This document shows positions 50,964 to 61,779 of a stretch of DNA of 64,000 nt, piece after piece. Under the pieces are notes generated by a model. It was given only the letters and a program-made list of their open reading frames with translations, did not search any database and was not told the DNA's origin. The position numbers and the translations under genes are program-made. The stretch comes from an uncultured Puniceicoccaceae bacterium (GTDB lineage: Bacteria > Verrucomicrobiota > Verrucomicrobiia > Opitutales > Oceanipulchritudinaceae): assembly GCA_963933835.1 (NCBI GenBank), contig CAWVVV010000004.1:152782-216781 (forward strand), given 5' to 3'. Positions within the stretch are counted from its first letter, which is position 1, and every line of letters starts with the position of its first letter.

Positions 50964-53471
50964 ATGGAACCAATGAACAATTTCACGCCCCGAGCGCAGC
51001 AGGTCTTAGCCCTTGCTCGGAAAGAAGCGGATCGTTTTCACCACAACTACGTTGGAACTGAACACCTCCTCTTGGGCCTGATTAATCTGGGCCAAGGCGT
51101 CGCCGTAAACGTCCTCCAGAAGATGGGGCTCGACCTTGAGACCGTCCGCGATGCGGTTGAAAAACAAGTGGGCTCTGGCCCAACGGCTAAACCATCCGGC
51201 AACATCCCTTACACACCCCGCGTTAAAAAGGTTCTCGCGCTCGCCGGTAAGGAAGCAAAGGCGCTCAATCACAGCTACGTCGGAACTGAACACATCCTCC
51301 TCGGTCTCCTCCGCGAAGGCGAAGGCGTAGCCGCCCGCGTGCTTAAAAGCCTCGATGTCGATATCAAGCGGTGCCGCGATGAAATTCTCAGTGAACTCGA
51401 TCCGAATTTTGCGGGGGAAACCAGCGAAGCCGGTGGAACAATGCAAAACGGCGGAGGCAGTGCCACAAATCCCGCTTCCGATGATAAACGCGAAGTCAAA
51501 ACCCCTGCGCTTAAGGCCTTCGGTCGTGATTTAACGGAACTCGCTCGAAACGGCGAACTCGATCCCGTCATCGGACGTCGCAAGGAAATCACTCGCGTCA
51601 TCCAAGTTCTCTGTCGTCGGACAAAAAACAACCCGGTTCTGATCGGTGAAGCTGGGGTTGGTAAAACCGCTATTGTTGAAGGCCTTGCCCTCGAAATCGC
51701 GAACGGCCTCGTTCCAGAAATTCTCGGTGATAAACGGCTCATCACCCTCGATCTCGCGCTCATGGTCGCAGGGACAAAATACCGCGGCCAGTTTGAAGAA
51801 CGCATCAAGGCCGTGATGGATGAAATTCGTCGCGCAAAGAACGTCATTATTTTCATTGATGAGCTCCACACCATCGTCGGTGCGGGCGCAGCAGAGGGTG
51901 CGATGGATGCCTCTAATATCTTTAAACCGTCTCTCAGCCGAGGTGAGCTACAGTGTATCGGTGCGACCACCCTCGCTGAATATCGTAAGTTCATCGAGAA
52001 AGACAGCGCCCTCGATCGCCGCTTCCAAAGCGTCATGGTCGAAGCACCTTCACTCGAAGACTCTATTTCAATCCTCAAGGGTATCGCTCCTAAGTATGAA
52101 GAGCACCACAAGGTGAAGTATACGCCAAGTGCGCTCGAAGCGGCCGTGAAGCTCTCAGATCGTTATATCACAGCACGCTTCCTTCCCGACAAGGCGATCG
52201 ATGTTCTAGACGAATCCGGTGCACGCGCTCGGATCAACTCCCTCACGCGTCCGCCCGAAATCGAAAACCTCGCCAAGGAAATCGAAACCATTTGTGGACA
52301 AAAGGAAGAAGCGATCGCTCGCCAGCAGTTTGAAGATGCCGCTCAACTCCGTGATCAAGAAAAGCAGCTTCGCCAGAAGCGCGAAGAAATGATCGAAGAG
52401 TGGAAGAAAAATCGCGCTGAGCTCACCATCACGGTTGGCGAAGACGATATGCTTCAAACCGTCAGTGACTGGACAGGCATTCCGCTTCAGCGGATGGAAA
52501 AGAAGGAGTCAGAGAAACTCCTTAGGCTCGAAAGTGATTTGCAAACAACCGTCATCGGCCAGGACGAAGCAACGATTGCCATTGCCAAAGCCCTTCGTCG
52601 CTCGCGCGCCGATCTTAAAGACCCGACGCGTCCAATCGGTTCGTTCCTCTTCATGGGACCTACCGGTGTAGGTAAGACCCACTTGGCCAAGACTCTCGCC
52701 GAATCGATTTTCGGCCAACGCGAGTCGATCGTTCAGATCGATATGTCTGAGTACATGGAAAAGTTCTCCGTCAGTCGCCTGATCGGTTCTCCTCCTGGAT
52801 ACGTTGGCTACGAAGAAGGCGGTCAACTCACCGAAGTCGTACGACGCAAACCCTATTGCGTGGTTCTCTTTGACGAAATTGAGAAAGCTCACCCCGACGT
52901 CGTTCAGCTCCTCCTCCAAGTATTGGAAGAAGGCCGCCTGACTGACAGCCTGGGTCGATCAATCGACTTCCGAAACACGATCATCATCATGACGTCGAAT
53001 GTCGGCGCGCACATTTTGCAAAGGGGACATGGTCTCGGCTTTGGACTCGATGACATCGACGACACTTTTGACTCAACAAAGACCCGCATCATAGATGAAG
53101 CGAAAAAGGTCTTCAAACCTGAGTTCCTCAATCGGATCAACAGTCTGATCGTCTTCCGCCAGCTCCGTCGCGAGCAATTGCGAAAGATCATCCACTTAGA
53201 GATCGATGGATTGATGGCGCGCCTTGTGCAGAAGAACATCAACCTTGATGTGACGCAGGCAGCCAAGGACTTCCTGATCAATCAGGGCTATGACGAGAAG
53301 TATGGCGCTCGCCCACTTCGTCGCTCAGTCGAACAACACCTCGAAGACCCGCTCGCAGAAGAGCTGCTCCGTGATGCGATCAAAGCGGGTGATCCAATAA
53401 GGGTAGACGTTGACGAGGATGGCAAAAAACTGTCATTCATTCAAGAAGCTGCCGCTGGCGGAGTCTCTTAA
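50964..53471 (+). CDS. clpC: Clp protease ATPase subunit ClpC
   Basis: Clp-N repeats, [11 protein letters not shown] domain, GPTGVGKT. Confidence 0.96.
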   Translation: MEPMNNFTPRAQQVLALARKEADRFHHNYVGTEHLLLGLINLGQGVAVNVLQKMGLDLETVRDAVEKQVGSGPTAKPSGNIPYTPRVKKVLALAGKEAKALNHSYVGTEHILLGLLREGEGVAARVLKSLDVDIKRCRDEILSELDPNFAGETSEAGGTMQNGGGSATNPASDDKREVKTPALKAFGRDLTELARNGELDPVIGRRKEITRVIQVLCRRTKNNPVLIGEAGVGKTAIVEGLALEIANGLVPEILGDKRLITLDLALMVAGTKYRGQFEERIKAVMDEIRRAKNVIIFIDELHTIVGAGAAEGAMDASNIFKPSLSRGELQCIGATTLAEYRKFIEKDSALDRRFQSVMVEAPSLEDSISILKGIAPKYEEHHKVKYTPSALEAAVKLSDRYITARFLPDKAIDVLDESGARARINSLTRPPEIENLAKEIETICGQKEEAIARQQFEDAAQLRDQEKQLRQKREEMIEEWKKNRAELTITVGEDDMLQTVSDWTGIPLQRMEKKESEKLLRLESDLQTTVIGQDEATIAIAKALRRSRADLKDPTRPIGSFLFMGPTGVGKTHLAKTLAESIFGQRESIVQIDMSEYMEKFSVSRLIGSPPGYVGYEEGGQLTEVVRRKPYCVVLFDEIEKAHPDVVQLLLQVLEEGRLTDSLGRSIDFRNTIIIMTSNVGAHILQRGHGLGFGLDDIDDTFDSTKTRIIDEAKKVFKPEFLNRINSLIVFRQLRREQLRKIIHLEIDGLMARLVQKNINLDVTQAAKDFLINQGYDEKYGARPLRRSVEQHLEDPLAEELLRDAIKAGDPIRVDVDEDGKKLSFIQEAAAGGVS

Positions 53472-53498
53472 CGGACACCCGTTTCACACCTCCTATTT

Positions 53499-53533
53499 CA
53501 AAGCCCGGTCGAGTTCGCTCGCCGGGCTTTTTT
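53499..53533 (+). terminator. Intrinsic terminator after clpC
   Basis: AAAGCCCGG..CCGGGCTTTTTT. Confidence 0.85.
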
Positions 53534-53825
53534 GTGGTGTCTAACCAAGCTCAGACTCAATCAATCGGTATGGATTGATAATAAGTGGCGCTCGTAGAAT
53601 GGCTCGAGACGGTCACGGCATTCCCACTTGGCGCCTCTAAATTGAATAGATTCGAAACAGACCACGTGGACAGGTCGGACGATTTATAGAGCGCCAACGG
53701 AACGCTCGTTTCTCCGCTCAAATCAACGACACAAGAGTTTCCTCAGATTTGACTGATGAGGATACTCCCGAAATAGAGCACGCGGTGGCTTGTCATCCGT
53801 TCGGAAGACTCACAACGTTCCTCTC

Positions 53826-54188
53826 ATGTCTCCCGTTGTATACCAAATCCTCCATGTTTTTGGAGCACTGCTTGTTTTTCTCGCTTACGGTCTGCTCATT
53901 GCTCGGGCAATGCTCGGCTCTGAGAGCGTCGAATTGAGAAAGGTCGGAGCGAAGCTTAGCGGCATCGGGCTTCTCCTTCTTTTGGTTGGAGGCTTTGGAC
54001 TTTTATCCAAACTCTATGAAACCACTTTTTACCCGTGGGTGATTATCAAGCTGGTCGTCTGGATCGCACTTGGAGGATTGATCGCACTGATCAATCGGAA
54101 GCCTCAACTCGGGCAGGTCTGGTACGGGGTCACGCTCCTGCTCGGATTAATCGCCGTTTCTTCCGTCTATACGAAAATCGGGATGTAG
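53826..54188 (+). CDS. Small 4-TM membrane protein (SirB2-like)
   Basis: Y..LH, four hydrophobic helices, W..IKL..W. Confidence 0.65.
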   Translation: MSPVVYQILHVFGALLVFLAYGLLIARAMLGSESVELRKVGAKLSGIGLLLLLVGGFGLLSKLYETTFYPWVIIKLVVWIALGGLIALINRKPQLGQVWYGVTLLLGLIAVSSVYTKIGM

Positions 54189-54211
54189 TTGTAGTCCCGT
54201 GAAATCGGGGC

Positions 54212-55036
54212 CTAGCCGCGTCCGTATTTCGCGAGCGTTTTCAACAGCACACTGAAGTGCTTCGGTGCGGGACGTTGGATGGTGACCTTCTGGCCGTCAG
54301 GCATCGGAACCGTCAGCTCCGCTAGAAACATCGCCGGCCCTGCATGAATCGGGCGTTCCGGCTCATTGCCTTTAGGAACAAAGGAGCGCTTCAAGGTTGA
54401 AAAGTAGATTTCCGATTCACGTGCATACTGATGCTCTCCGACGATCGAGAGCCCCATTTCGTAGGCATGGAGCTGAATTTGATGGAGCCGAATATAGGAT
54501 GCGGTTGCTTCCCAGATTGAGTAGCGCCCTCTCGACTGAAGCCGCTTAAACTGTGTTTGTGTCTTTTTACCCGTGCGGTGCGATACGAGCATTTCATTTT
54601 CCTCACCATGACGAGCGAGGGGCAGATCACATTCACAGGATTCCAATTCAGTCGGTGCTCGAACAACGAGAAAGTGGACCTTCAGCTCAAACTCGTATGA
54701 TCCATATGCATTGGACCAGAAATCGGCGGTATCCGAGTCTTTTGCAAATAGAGCCATTCCAGCTAGATCTGCTTCACATTGAAAAATCGCCTTCGCCCCA
54801 GAGGTATCCAATCCGAGCCTTAGGAGCTCACCTTTCTCGGTCTCAGCCTGGAAATTCAATGCCTCGGTCAAAACGGGTGTCTGAGGATACCAATTATCTG
54901 GCAGGACCTGAATCCCACTTGGCTTCTCGATCGCGAACCCTCGATCAGAATTCCAATAGATAGGCAGTCGCATAGGAGAATCTCCCAAGAGAGGGTCAGG
55001 AAAGCCGATGTGCGTTGGTGCTTTTGAAGTCTTCAT
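54212..55036 (-). CDS. RluA-like pseudouridine synthase homolog with degenerate active site
   Basis: KPSG, R.HQI..H, IVGE..Y; HRLD replaced by FQCE. Confidence 0.75.
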   Translation of the reverse strand: MKTSKAPTHIGFPDPLLGDSPMRLPIYWNSDRGFAIEKPSGIQVLPDNWYPQTPVLTEALNFQAETEKGELLRLGLDTSGAKAIFQCEADLAGMALFAKDSDTADFWSNAYGSYEFELKVHFLVVRAPTELESCECDLPLARHGEENEMLVSHRTGKKTQTQFKRLQSRGRYSIWEATASYIRLHQIQLHAYEMGLSIVGEHQYARESEIYFSTLKRSFVPKGNEPERPIHAGPAMFLAELTVPMPDGQKVTIQRPAPKHFSVLLKTLAKYGRG

Positions 55037-55070
55037 CGAATGGCAAAACGGTGGTCGCCGATGTGTGGAC

Positions 55071-55098
55071 AAAAAAAATCCCGCTCTCAAGAGCGGGA
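55071..55098 (-). terminator. Intrinsic terminator after rpsT
   Basis: TCCCGCTCT-ca-AGAGCGGGA with an adjacent A tract (T tract on minus strand). Confidence 0.8.
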
Positions 55099-55127
55099 CA
55101 GGGAAATTCAATTACCGATCCAAGTCC

Positions 55128-55376
55128 CTAGACGGCCTTGGCACTCATTGCGCCGCGCGCGATTTTCGACTTTTCGCGGGATGCTTTATTAGCGTGGATA
55201 ACGCCAGTCTTGTAAGCCTTATCGATAGCCGAGGTGTAGAGGGACATATTCTCGTCGGTAGGCTCCGTAACAACATTTTTGCGCAGCGTCTTGAGACGGC
55301 TAGTAACCGCGCGGTTACGCTCGGTGCTCTTGGAAATGCGGCGGATGTCTTTTTTGGAAGATGTGAGATTAGCCAT
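55128..55376 (-). CDS. rpsT: 30S ribosomal protein S20
   Basis: MANLTSSKKDIR..RN..IDKA..GVIHANKASR.KS. Confidence 0.95.
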   Translation of the reverse strand: MANLTSSKKDIRRISKSTERNRAVTSRLKTLRKNVVTEPTDENMSLYTSAIDKAYKTGVIHANKASREKSKIARGAMSAKAV

Positions 55377-55457
55377 GGGTGCTTTACCTGATTCTGTAAA
55401 AAAGAAAGAAAGCATATGCACTGGAGTTGCGTGTCAATGCCATTTGAATGCTAGAGA

Positions 55458-56423
55458 TTACTTTTTGAAAAGGCTTCGCAATCGCAGACAAACATTTTCG
55501 GTGGCCTTCTGCCAATACACATCATTCGAAGCCGGTTTCCGCTTCAACATCTCGTTATAAGCCTTCCGGCAAATCGATAGGCGTTGAGCGGCCTCCTCAG
55601 GTGTGATCGTTCGCAAATAGCTCAAAAGGCTCTTCGTTGAGGCAAACTGAGCGACATCAACAAAGCTATCAGCCGGAAAATCATCATAGATCGTGGAAAC
55701 CCCACCTCCATAATACACCGGCAGCGCACCAGCGACAATACTCTGCCAGATCTTCTCTGTCACATAATACGGATAGAGGGTGTTTTCGATACTGAGGCCG
55801 AACCAATAGCGAGAAAACTTCTCCAATTTCTTGTCCGCCCAATGATATCCAATCGCCTGGAAATCATCCTCCTCGGTCGCCGAAGACTTTGGCCAATCAC
55901 GGCCACTAACATCAGCAAAGCCATCTTGTTCAAATGACTCTACGAGATCCCTGCGCAAACGATGAAGGTTGTCACCTGTTGGTGGCGCAGGGTCATGGTA
56001 GAGATGATCAGAATAGGCCATCATGGCACAGAGTGCTTTTTCCCTCTTCGGATCTTTGAAATGACTCGCCGGAATGTCGACTTCAAGGGCCCCTTCTCCA
56101 ACGCCGAGCATGTTCGTGTAGGAATAATTGTCCCAGTAGAACTCACCACTGAACACATTCAGTAAATGAACTCTCTTACCTAGCGGACCACGAAAAAATG
56201 CTGCATGAGTCCTCTCGCTTCGAGGATCTTCAGCGACTAGAGCAAATTTCTTTTGGGGATACCGGACTGTGTAAGCAGCTAGTCGGCGGCGTGTTTGCCC
56301 GAGGACCAAATCGGCTTCTGCAATCGAATCAACAATCTCAAAACCATAGCGCGCGAAGATCCCAGCTAGGCTATCATCTTGGCCAAAGAAGTGTGCGTCC
56401 TGAATTGATACCCTGAGATTCAT
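55458..56423 (-). CDS. Glycosyltransferase family 10 (alpha-1,3-fucosyltransferase-like)
   Basis: Y.F.LSIENT....YVTEKI......GALPVYYG GT10 motif. Confidence 0.85.
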   Translation of the reverse strand: MNLRVSIQDAHFFGQDDSLAGIFARYGFEIVDSIAEADLVLGQTRRRLAAYTVRYPQKKFALVAEDPRSERTHAAFFRGPLGKRVHLLNVFSGEFYWDNYSYTNMLGVGEGALEVDIPASHFKDPKREKALCAMMAYSDHLYHDPAPPTGDNLHRLRRDLVESFEQDGFADVSGRDWPKSSATEEDDFQAIGYHWADKKLEKFSRYWFGLSIENTLYPYYVTEKIWQSIVAGALPVYYGGGVSTIYDDFPADSFVDVAQFASTKSLLSYLRTITPEEAAQRLSICRKAYNEMLKRKPASNDVYWQKATENVCLRLRSLFKK

Positions 56424-56455
56424 GAAGATACTATGTCAGCTAGTCGCGACCTGCT

Positions 56456-57388
56456 TTACTGTTTTTGCCCAACAGCAAGAATCGTCTGGAAATGAGGGGG
56501 CTCATCCTCACGGGCAACCGTATCCACTTGAACCTCTTTAAATCCTGCCTCGCTCAGCCAGCGATACAGTTGATTTGCAGTAAAACCCAACCAGCGGTCG
56601 GCGTAGAGTTCGCGTGCTTTTTCAAAATCATGTTTTGCTAAATCGAGGAGCAAGAGCTGTCCGCCGGGCCGCAAGATGCGAAAGGCTTCTTCGACCGCAA
56701 CGACCGGATGTTCTGCATGGTGAAGGGCCTGACTCAAAAGAGCTAAATCGACACTCTCATCGTCAAGCGGCACGTGTTCAATATCACCGAGACGGTATTC
56801 AAGGTTACTAATCCCTTGGTCACTCGCGAGGCTCGTTCCTACCCCTACCATCCGTTGTGAATTATCAATACACCAAACTTTCTCAGCACGACGGGCAAGC
56901 AACTGGGACAATACCCCTTCCCCCGCACCCAAATCTGCGATCACAATCTTCGGAGTGAGATGAAAGAGCAAATGCCCGATCCCTTCCCAAGTCCGTCCGG
57001 GGCAATAGTTCTTACCGAGGCGGCCCGCGATTTCATTAAAATACTTTTCGGTCTGCTGCCGACGACGGTCAAGAATCCGGTCTAGGTTTCTTCGATCAGA
57101 GATGATTGCCTCCTCCTTCGCAGTCGCCACAAAGGCAGCTTCGAGAACTTGCTTGGAAGTGGAAGACAGGTCAGGTGCTAACAAGTAAAAATTACGCTTT
57201 CCATCCTTTCGATCCTGCAGGAGGTCACCTTGCTTCAATAGAGACAGGTGCGAAGAAATTCGCGACTGCCCCATATCGAGAGCCTCCTGCAATTCCGCTA
57301 CACTCAACTCATCTCGCCTGAGAAGATGTAAAATCCTTAAACGAGTGGGATCACCGAGAAGCCGAAGATGGTCAAAGGGTTGGCTCAT
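56456..57388 (-). CDS. ArsR-HTH plus SAM-methyltransferase regulator (SahR-like)
   Basis: LGDPTRLRIL..QSRISSHL; DLGAGEG, ALHH. Confidence 0.9.
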   Translation of the reverse strand: MSQPFDHLRLLGDPTRLRILHLLRRDELSVAELQEALDMGQSRISSHLSLLKQGDLLQDRKDGKRNFYLLAPDLSSTSKQVLEAAFVATAKEEAIISDRRNLDRILDRRRQQTEKYFNEIAGRLGKNYCPGRTWEGIGHLLFHLTPKIVIADLGAGEGVLSQLLARRAEKVWCIDNSQRMVGVGTSLASDQGISNLEYRLGDIEHVPLDDESVDLALLSQALHHAEHPVVAVEEAFRILRPGGQLLLLDLAKHDFEKARELYADRWLGFTANQLYRWLSEAGFKEVQVDTVAREDEPPHFQTILAVGQKQ

Positions 57389-57443
57389 AAATAACCTACC
57401 CTAGACGATAAACGATGGATCGCAAAAAAAGCGAGCTACTACC

Positions 57444-59303
57444 CTACTTCTCATCGAGCCAGCGCCCGATTGACCGGATTTCCCAAGACTCGCGATGCCC
57501 GTCGATATCCACCTCAACGGTAGCCCCCTTGTTCTGCCCAGTGAGAGCTTTGCCCAATGGAGTCTGGTAGGATAGGAAGTTCTTTTCAGGATCACTATCC
57601 CAAGCACCCAGAATCGCGAATTTCTGCTCTTCGCCTGTAGAAGCTGCAACGAGATCTACGGTAGAACCAATACCGACAGTGTCCGTTGGTGCTTCGCTGA
57701 AATCGGTTACCTGTGCACGGGCTAAGTCGCGCTCCAGCTCAGACTTGCGAGCAAGCATCATATCCTGCTCTTGGCGGGCCATCTTGTATTCTGAATTCTC
57801 CTTCAAGTCACCATGGGCACGCGCTTCAGCGATGTCTTCCTTATTGCGCGGAATTTTCGTCGAAACGAGGGCCTCATACTCTTGCTTACGGATTTCGAGA
57901 CTGCCTTGGGAAACGTAAAGTGACTCATCTACTCTTGTCTTACCGCTATCACCGCTAACCAAAGACTGAATGCTAGGGAAGAGCTTGATGAAACGAGCCA
58001 GTAAGGACTTCTTCGATAGATCTTCGAAGCCTTGATTGAGAAGAAGCGTTTGAGCTAAGTCGTGAGCCGTCTCAGGCGTCGCGGTATCGAGCAAATCACC
58101 AACTAGATCTGGATCGTCGAGGAGTTGATCGGCGAGCGCGATGCGACGTGTACCGGCGGTTTGAAGCGCCTCATAATCAATCGCCCAGAATATGGCACTC
58201 AGGAGCCGTGAATTGATCATCGGGCTGAGCATTATGCCGTATTTCTTTGATGAGCGATTCTTCAGTACCCAAGTGAGAACCGGAGCGCGTAGGTTTTGCT
58301 CTACGAGCCAACGCTTCATCGTCTTTGTGATCTCATCGCCTCGCTCGTTATCAAGGAGGAAATTGATGCACTCAGAAGTCAGCTTACCTGAGCTGTTCTT
58401 GAGGAGCTCAAAAATGTGCTTATCCCATACATCAGGGAAGGTGCGGAGGATGAGGTCGATATAGCGCTTGTGGTGTGACGCTGGAATCTCATCAGCCAAC
58501 TTCGAAATATCCATCGCATCCTTAAGAATAGAGTGCGAAGTAGGCTCAAGGGCCTCTACATCGGTGTGGATAAAACGAGCCAAGTCATTACGAACCCAAA
58601 CACCGTAAAGACGTTCACCCGCCGAAAGCTGCTTCGTCTCCGCCAAGCTCACGGCCAATTCCTTCAAAATATCAGGCAACGCTCCCTCGATGTCGGAGTG
58701 TTGAACGGACATGTCGATGAGCTTGCTAGCATGGGCGATCTTTTTCTTCGGAGCTTTCGTTTCGAAAAACTCTTCTAGAATTTCGTCCTCTGGCTTCACT
58801 GGTTCATCACGCAGCACCCATGGGTCAGTCTTCTTCGCCGGAACAGCAATGCGAGGATCCTTTGCCAAGAGCTTTTTCGTGGCGGTCCACCACTTCTTGT
58901 ATTTCGTCGGGCCAATCAAGCGGCTCAACGCGGTCTCGATCTCGGTGTTGCCCGTAACGTGGCCTTCAGCTCGAGAGAGAATCGCGACGATCACATCCGC
59001 CTGATTCTTCTTGATCATTTCCTGAATGCGTTCGGGCTCTTGACGAGAAAGAACCAAAATATCTCCCTCGGCCAAAATATCGAGTTTATCGACGCAGAAA
59101 GCCGGGTCCATCTGATGTCCCTCTTGACCTTCTTCAAAATCTATTACGAGCCGGTTTTCCTGCTCGTCATAACGCCGAATAACGCCTATCCCCCAAGATC
59201 GGTGGACGCAGTAAGTATCTGCTGTCATCGTTTCCAATTTAGAACGATGGCGTTTCAGGCGTGGAGATTTTCGGATGAGCAAATCGATTGCTTCCTGATT
59301 CAT
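57444..59303 (-). CDS. greA: GreA-domain transcription factor with long N-terminal extension
   Basis: C-terminal ARAHGDLKENSEY..S..TPLGKAL. Confidence 0.85.
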   Translation of the reverse strand: MNQEAIDLLIRKSPRLKRHRSKLETMTADTYCVHRSWGIGVIRRYDEQENRLVIDFEEGQEGHQMDPAFCVDKLDILAEGDILVLSRQEPERIQEMIKKNQADVIVAILSRAEGHVTGNTEIETALSRLIGPTKYKKWWTATKKLLAKDPRIAVPAKKTDPWVLRDEPVKPEDEILEEFFETKAPKKKIAHASKLIDMSVQHSDIEGALPDILKELAVSLAETKQLSAGERLYGVWVRNDLARFIHTDVEALEPTSHSILKDAMDISKLADEIPASHHKRYIDLILRTFPDVWDKHIFELLKNSSGKLTSECINFLLDNERGDEITKTMKRWLVEQNLRAPVLTWVLKNRSSKKYGIMLSPMINSRLLSAIFWAIDYEALQTAGTRRIALADQLLDDPDLVGDLLDTATPETAHDLAQTLLLNQGFEDLSKKSLLARFIKLFPSIQSLVSGDSGKTRVDESLYVSQGSLEIRKQEYEALVSTKIPRNKEDIAEARAHGDLKENSEYKMARQEQDMMLARKSELERDLARAQVTDFSEAPTDTVGIGSTVDLVAASTGEEQKFAILGAWDSDPEKNFLSYQTPLGKALTGQNKGATVEVDIDGHRESWEIRSIGRWLDEK

Positions 59304-59385
59304 AGAGTCTTTCGCTATCGGGGTTGTGAAAACTTTCCATGCAGGCAGGGCGTCCCGAGTGGGTCAACTAAAAGATTAAAACTGA

Positions 59386-60627
59386 ATGAAGCTAGCTAAG
59401 TCCGCATGGAACATTGCTTTCAACGCCTCCGTTGATTTTACACGGAGGCCTAGAAAGGTCGAACAGATCACTGAGCACTGGGGTAAGCACTCGCCAGACG
59501 ACAAACGCCGTGCCTTTCGCCTCCTCTACGCTTGGCTGCGAGGGCAAGGGCTTGCACGCCACGTGCTCAAATCGCTCATGACGAAGCCACCTCGGAGCAA
59601 ACTCCAACTGACCCTGGAGCTAGCATGTAGTGAATTATTGGTGACTCTTCCGGAGCGCCATCCGGCCGTCGTTTCCTCGGCCGTTGATTTCGCTAAAAGC
59701 GGCTTCAGCAAACGCGAGGCTGGCCTTTGCAATGCCGTCCTTCGAAAGGCCAGCGCACAAATTCTTTCGACCCCCCTCCAGTATTCACACCCCGATTGGC
59801 TGGTAAAACAATGGCGACAAGCCTTTGGCGAAGCTGAAACGGAGGCGCTCATAGGGTGGAATCAGACCAAACCAACAACCTACGTGCGTTGGAGTAAGCG
59901 GGCGGGCTCGCCTTTGCCTGCCCTTATCCCGACTCAATGGCCCAATTTCTACACCTACCCAGAGGAGGCCCGGGTGCAGGTCATTGAAGCGGTCAATAGC
60001 GGCCTAGCCTATATACAGGACCCCTTCACCCGACATCCCGTCGAAATGGCCCTCGCGGCGGGGCCGAAAACAATTCTAGATCTTTGTGCTGCCCCTGGCG
60101 GTAAAACGCGCGCCCTCGTCGACGCGCAGAAGGATTCTGCCCCCGCAGTGATCGTCGCAAGCGACTTGCCAGGCCCTCGGCTTGAGCAATTGAAGGAAAA
60201 CCTGAGCGTTCTCGGCGATGAGAGACGTCCCGCTGTCCTTGCAGCTGATGGCACGGCGCTCTCGAGGGAAGGATTTGAAAGTGCAGGGCTACCGATCGAA
60301 TACGACGCAGTGATTCTTGATGTTCCTTGTTCGAACACGGGCGTGATTCAGCGCCGGCCTGACGTTCGATGGCTTCTAAGACCTGAAAGACTTAAGGGCC
60401 TTGTAGAACTCCAAGCCGCGCTGTTAGCGTCGGCAGCTAATTTTGTTTCACCCGGGGGACGGCTCATCTACAGCACCTGCAGTCTCGAATCTGCTGAAAA
60501 CGAGGCTCAAATCGCTGCATTTCTCGAGAAGAACCCCGCTTACAGTTTAGAAGACAAGAGACTCAGCCGACCATGGACCGATGAGCACGATGGCGGGGCT
60601 GCTTTCACATTGACCCGCGAACGCTAG
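59386..60627 (+). CDS. rsmB: RsmB/NOP m5C rRNA methyltransferase
   Basis: NusB-like N-terminus (NAVLR), DLCAAPGGKT, DVPCS, YSTCS. Confidence 0.88.
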   Translation: MKLAKSAWNIAFNASVDFTRRPRKVEQITEHWGKHSPDDKRRAFRLLYAWLRGQGLARHVLKSLMTKPPRSKLQLTLELACSELLVTLPERHPAVVSSAVDFAKSGFSKREAGLCNAVLRKASAQILSTPLQYSHPDWLVKQWRQAFGEAETEALIGWNQTKPTTYVRWSKRAGSPLPALIPTQWPNFYTYPEEARVQVIEAVNSGLAYIQDPFTRHPVEMALAAGPKTILDLCAAPGGKTRALVDAQKDSAPAVIVASDLPGPRLEQLKENLSVLGDERRPAVLAADGTALSREGFESAGLPIEYDAVILDVPCSNTGVIQRRPDVRWLLRPERLKGLVELQAALLASAANFVSPGGRLIYSTCSLESAENEAQIAAFLEKNPAYSLEDKRLSRPWTDEHDGGAAFTLTRER

Positions 60628-60669
60628 AACAAACGATCAAGATTTGAAGAGTTTCGAACGACAACGATT

Positions 60670-61743
60670 ATGGCAAAAACGAGCTTCCCCCAACTAGTGC
60701 GCATCCTCAGCTGGGTAGCTGATGGCCTACTCATGATTTTTGCTCTATCTATCTTCATCGCCTACGGACCTAGAATGGAACCAGTCATGGCAGTGGTGCT
60801 TGCCCTCTGCATCTTCTTAGGGGCCCTCCTTCCGCTCTTAGCTCACTACATTGATTACCTACAGGCCAAGCTCTTCCTTCGTGAGCAGGAAGCAGCTGTC
60901 CCGGAGACAATCAAAGACCTGACCGAGCACTTCGAAAAGCTTTTACACCGCGTTGAAGAGGCAGCCGCGGATGTCGCGCGGACAACCCTAACCGCTCGCC
61001 AAATACCGACCCAACTCCAGTCCAGCACCGAGACTATAGATAAGTCGAAAGACGCATTAAAAGACGCACTCAGCGGTATTAAAAAACTTCCTACATCAGA
61101 TTCGATCGAGACACTCATCCAACAGCTTGAGTCGAAAGAAAGTCCGGCGGTTGATTTTTCACCGATCACAACTCGCCTAGATGCCCTTGAAGCCCAAGTC
61201 GACAAAGGCCTCTTAGTCCGCGAAGACAAACTGGAAGAGATGATCGAGCAACTGCAACAATTCGAGGAGGCTTTGGATACGCTTTCCGAATCTCTTCAAG
61301 CTCCGGTTGAACTTTCATCTGAGCAACCCAAAGAAGCAGTCGAGGTCGTCGAAAGTAACCCCCCTCCGGCCCAAAAGAAAAAGCGTGCGGCGAAAGTGAA
61401 AAAGGCGCCGACACCCAGTCCTCAGGCAGACCTATTCACAGCTGGAGGAGATGAAACGCCTCTTTCTGACGACTCCACGACGATTCTGGTCAAAGCCATG
61501 GTCGGTCTTCCCAACGAAGTGTTTGCGCGCGGCGACGAGCCGCTAAACTGGGATGAAGGAACAGCTCTAAAGCTTGTCGGTATTGGTGAATGGCTCCTTG
61601 AAGTGAAGGAACTGACATCACCCATCGAAGTTCAGCTCCGCCTGAATGATGAAGTAGCCGCCAACGGACCGTCCCTAAACCTGGAACCAGGTCAGCGCCT
61701 TACGGCATCCCCAGATTTCCCGGGCGAGGTCGAACCGTTCTAG
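60670..61743 (+). CDS. Membrane-anchored coiled-coil hypothetical protein
   Basis: Two N-terminal TM helices, coiled coil, small beta-rich C-terminal domain. Confidence 0.7.
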   Translation: MAKTSFPQLVRILSWVADGLLMIFALSIFIAYGPRMEPVMAVVLALCIFLGALLPLLAHYIDYLQAKLFLREQEAAVPETIKDLTEHFEKLLHRVEEAAADVARTTLTARQIPTQLQSSTETIDKSKDALKDALSGIKKLPTSDSIETLIQQLESKESPAVDFSPITTRLDALEAQVDKGLLVREDKLEEMIEQLQQFEEALDTLSESLQAPVELSSEQPKEAVEVVESNPPPAQKKKRAAKVKKAPTPSPQADLFTAGGDETPLSDDSTTILVKAMVGLPNEVFARGDEPLNWDEGTALKLVGIGEWLLEVKELTSPIEVQLRLNDEVAANGPSLNLEPGQRLTASPDFPGEVEPF

Positions 61744-61779
61744 AATAATACATCCGGCCACTGAGCCGGCGTGACGCTA

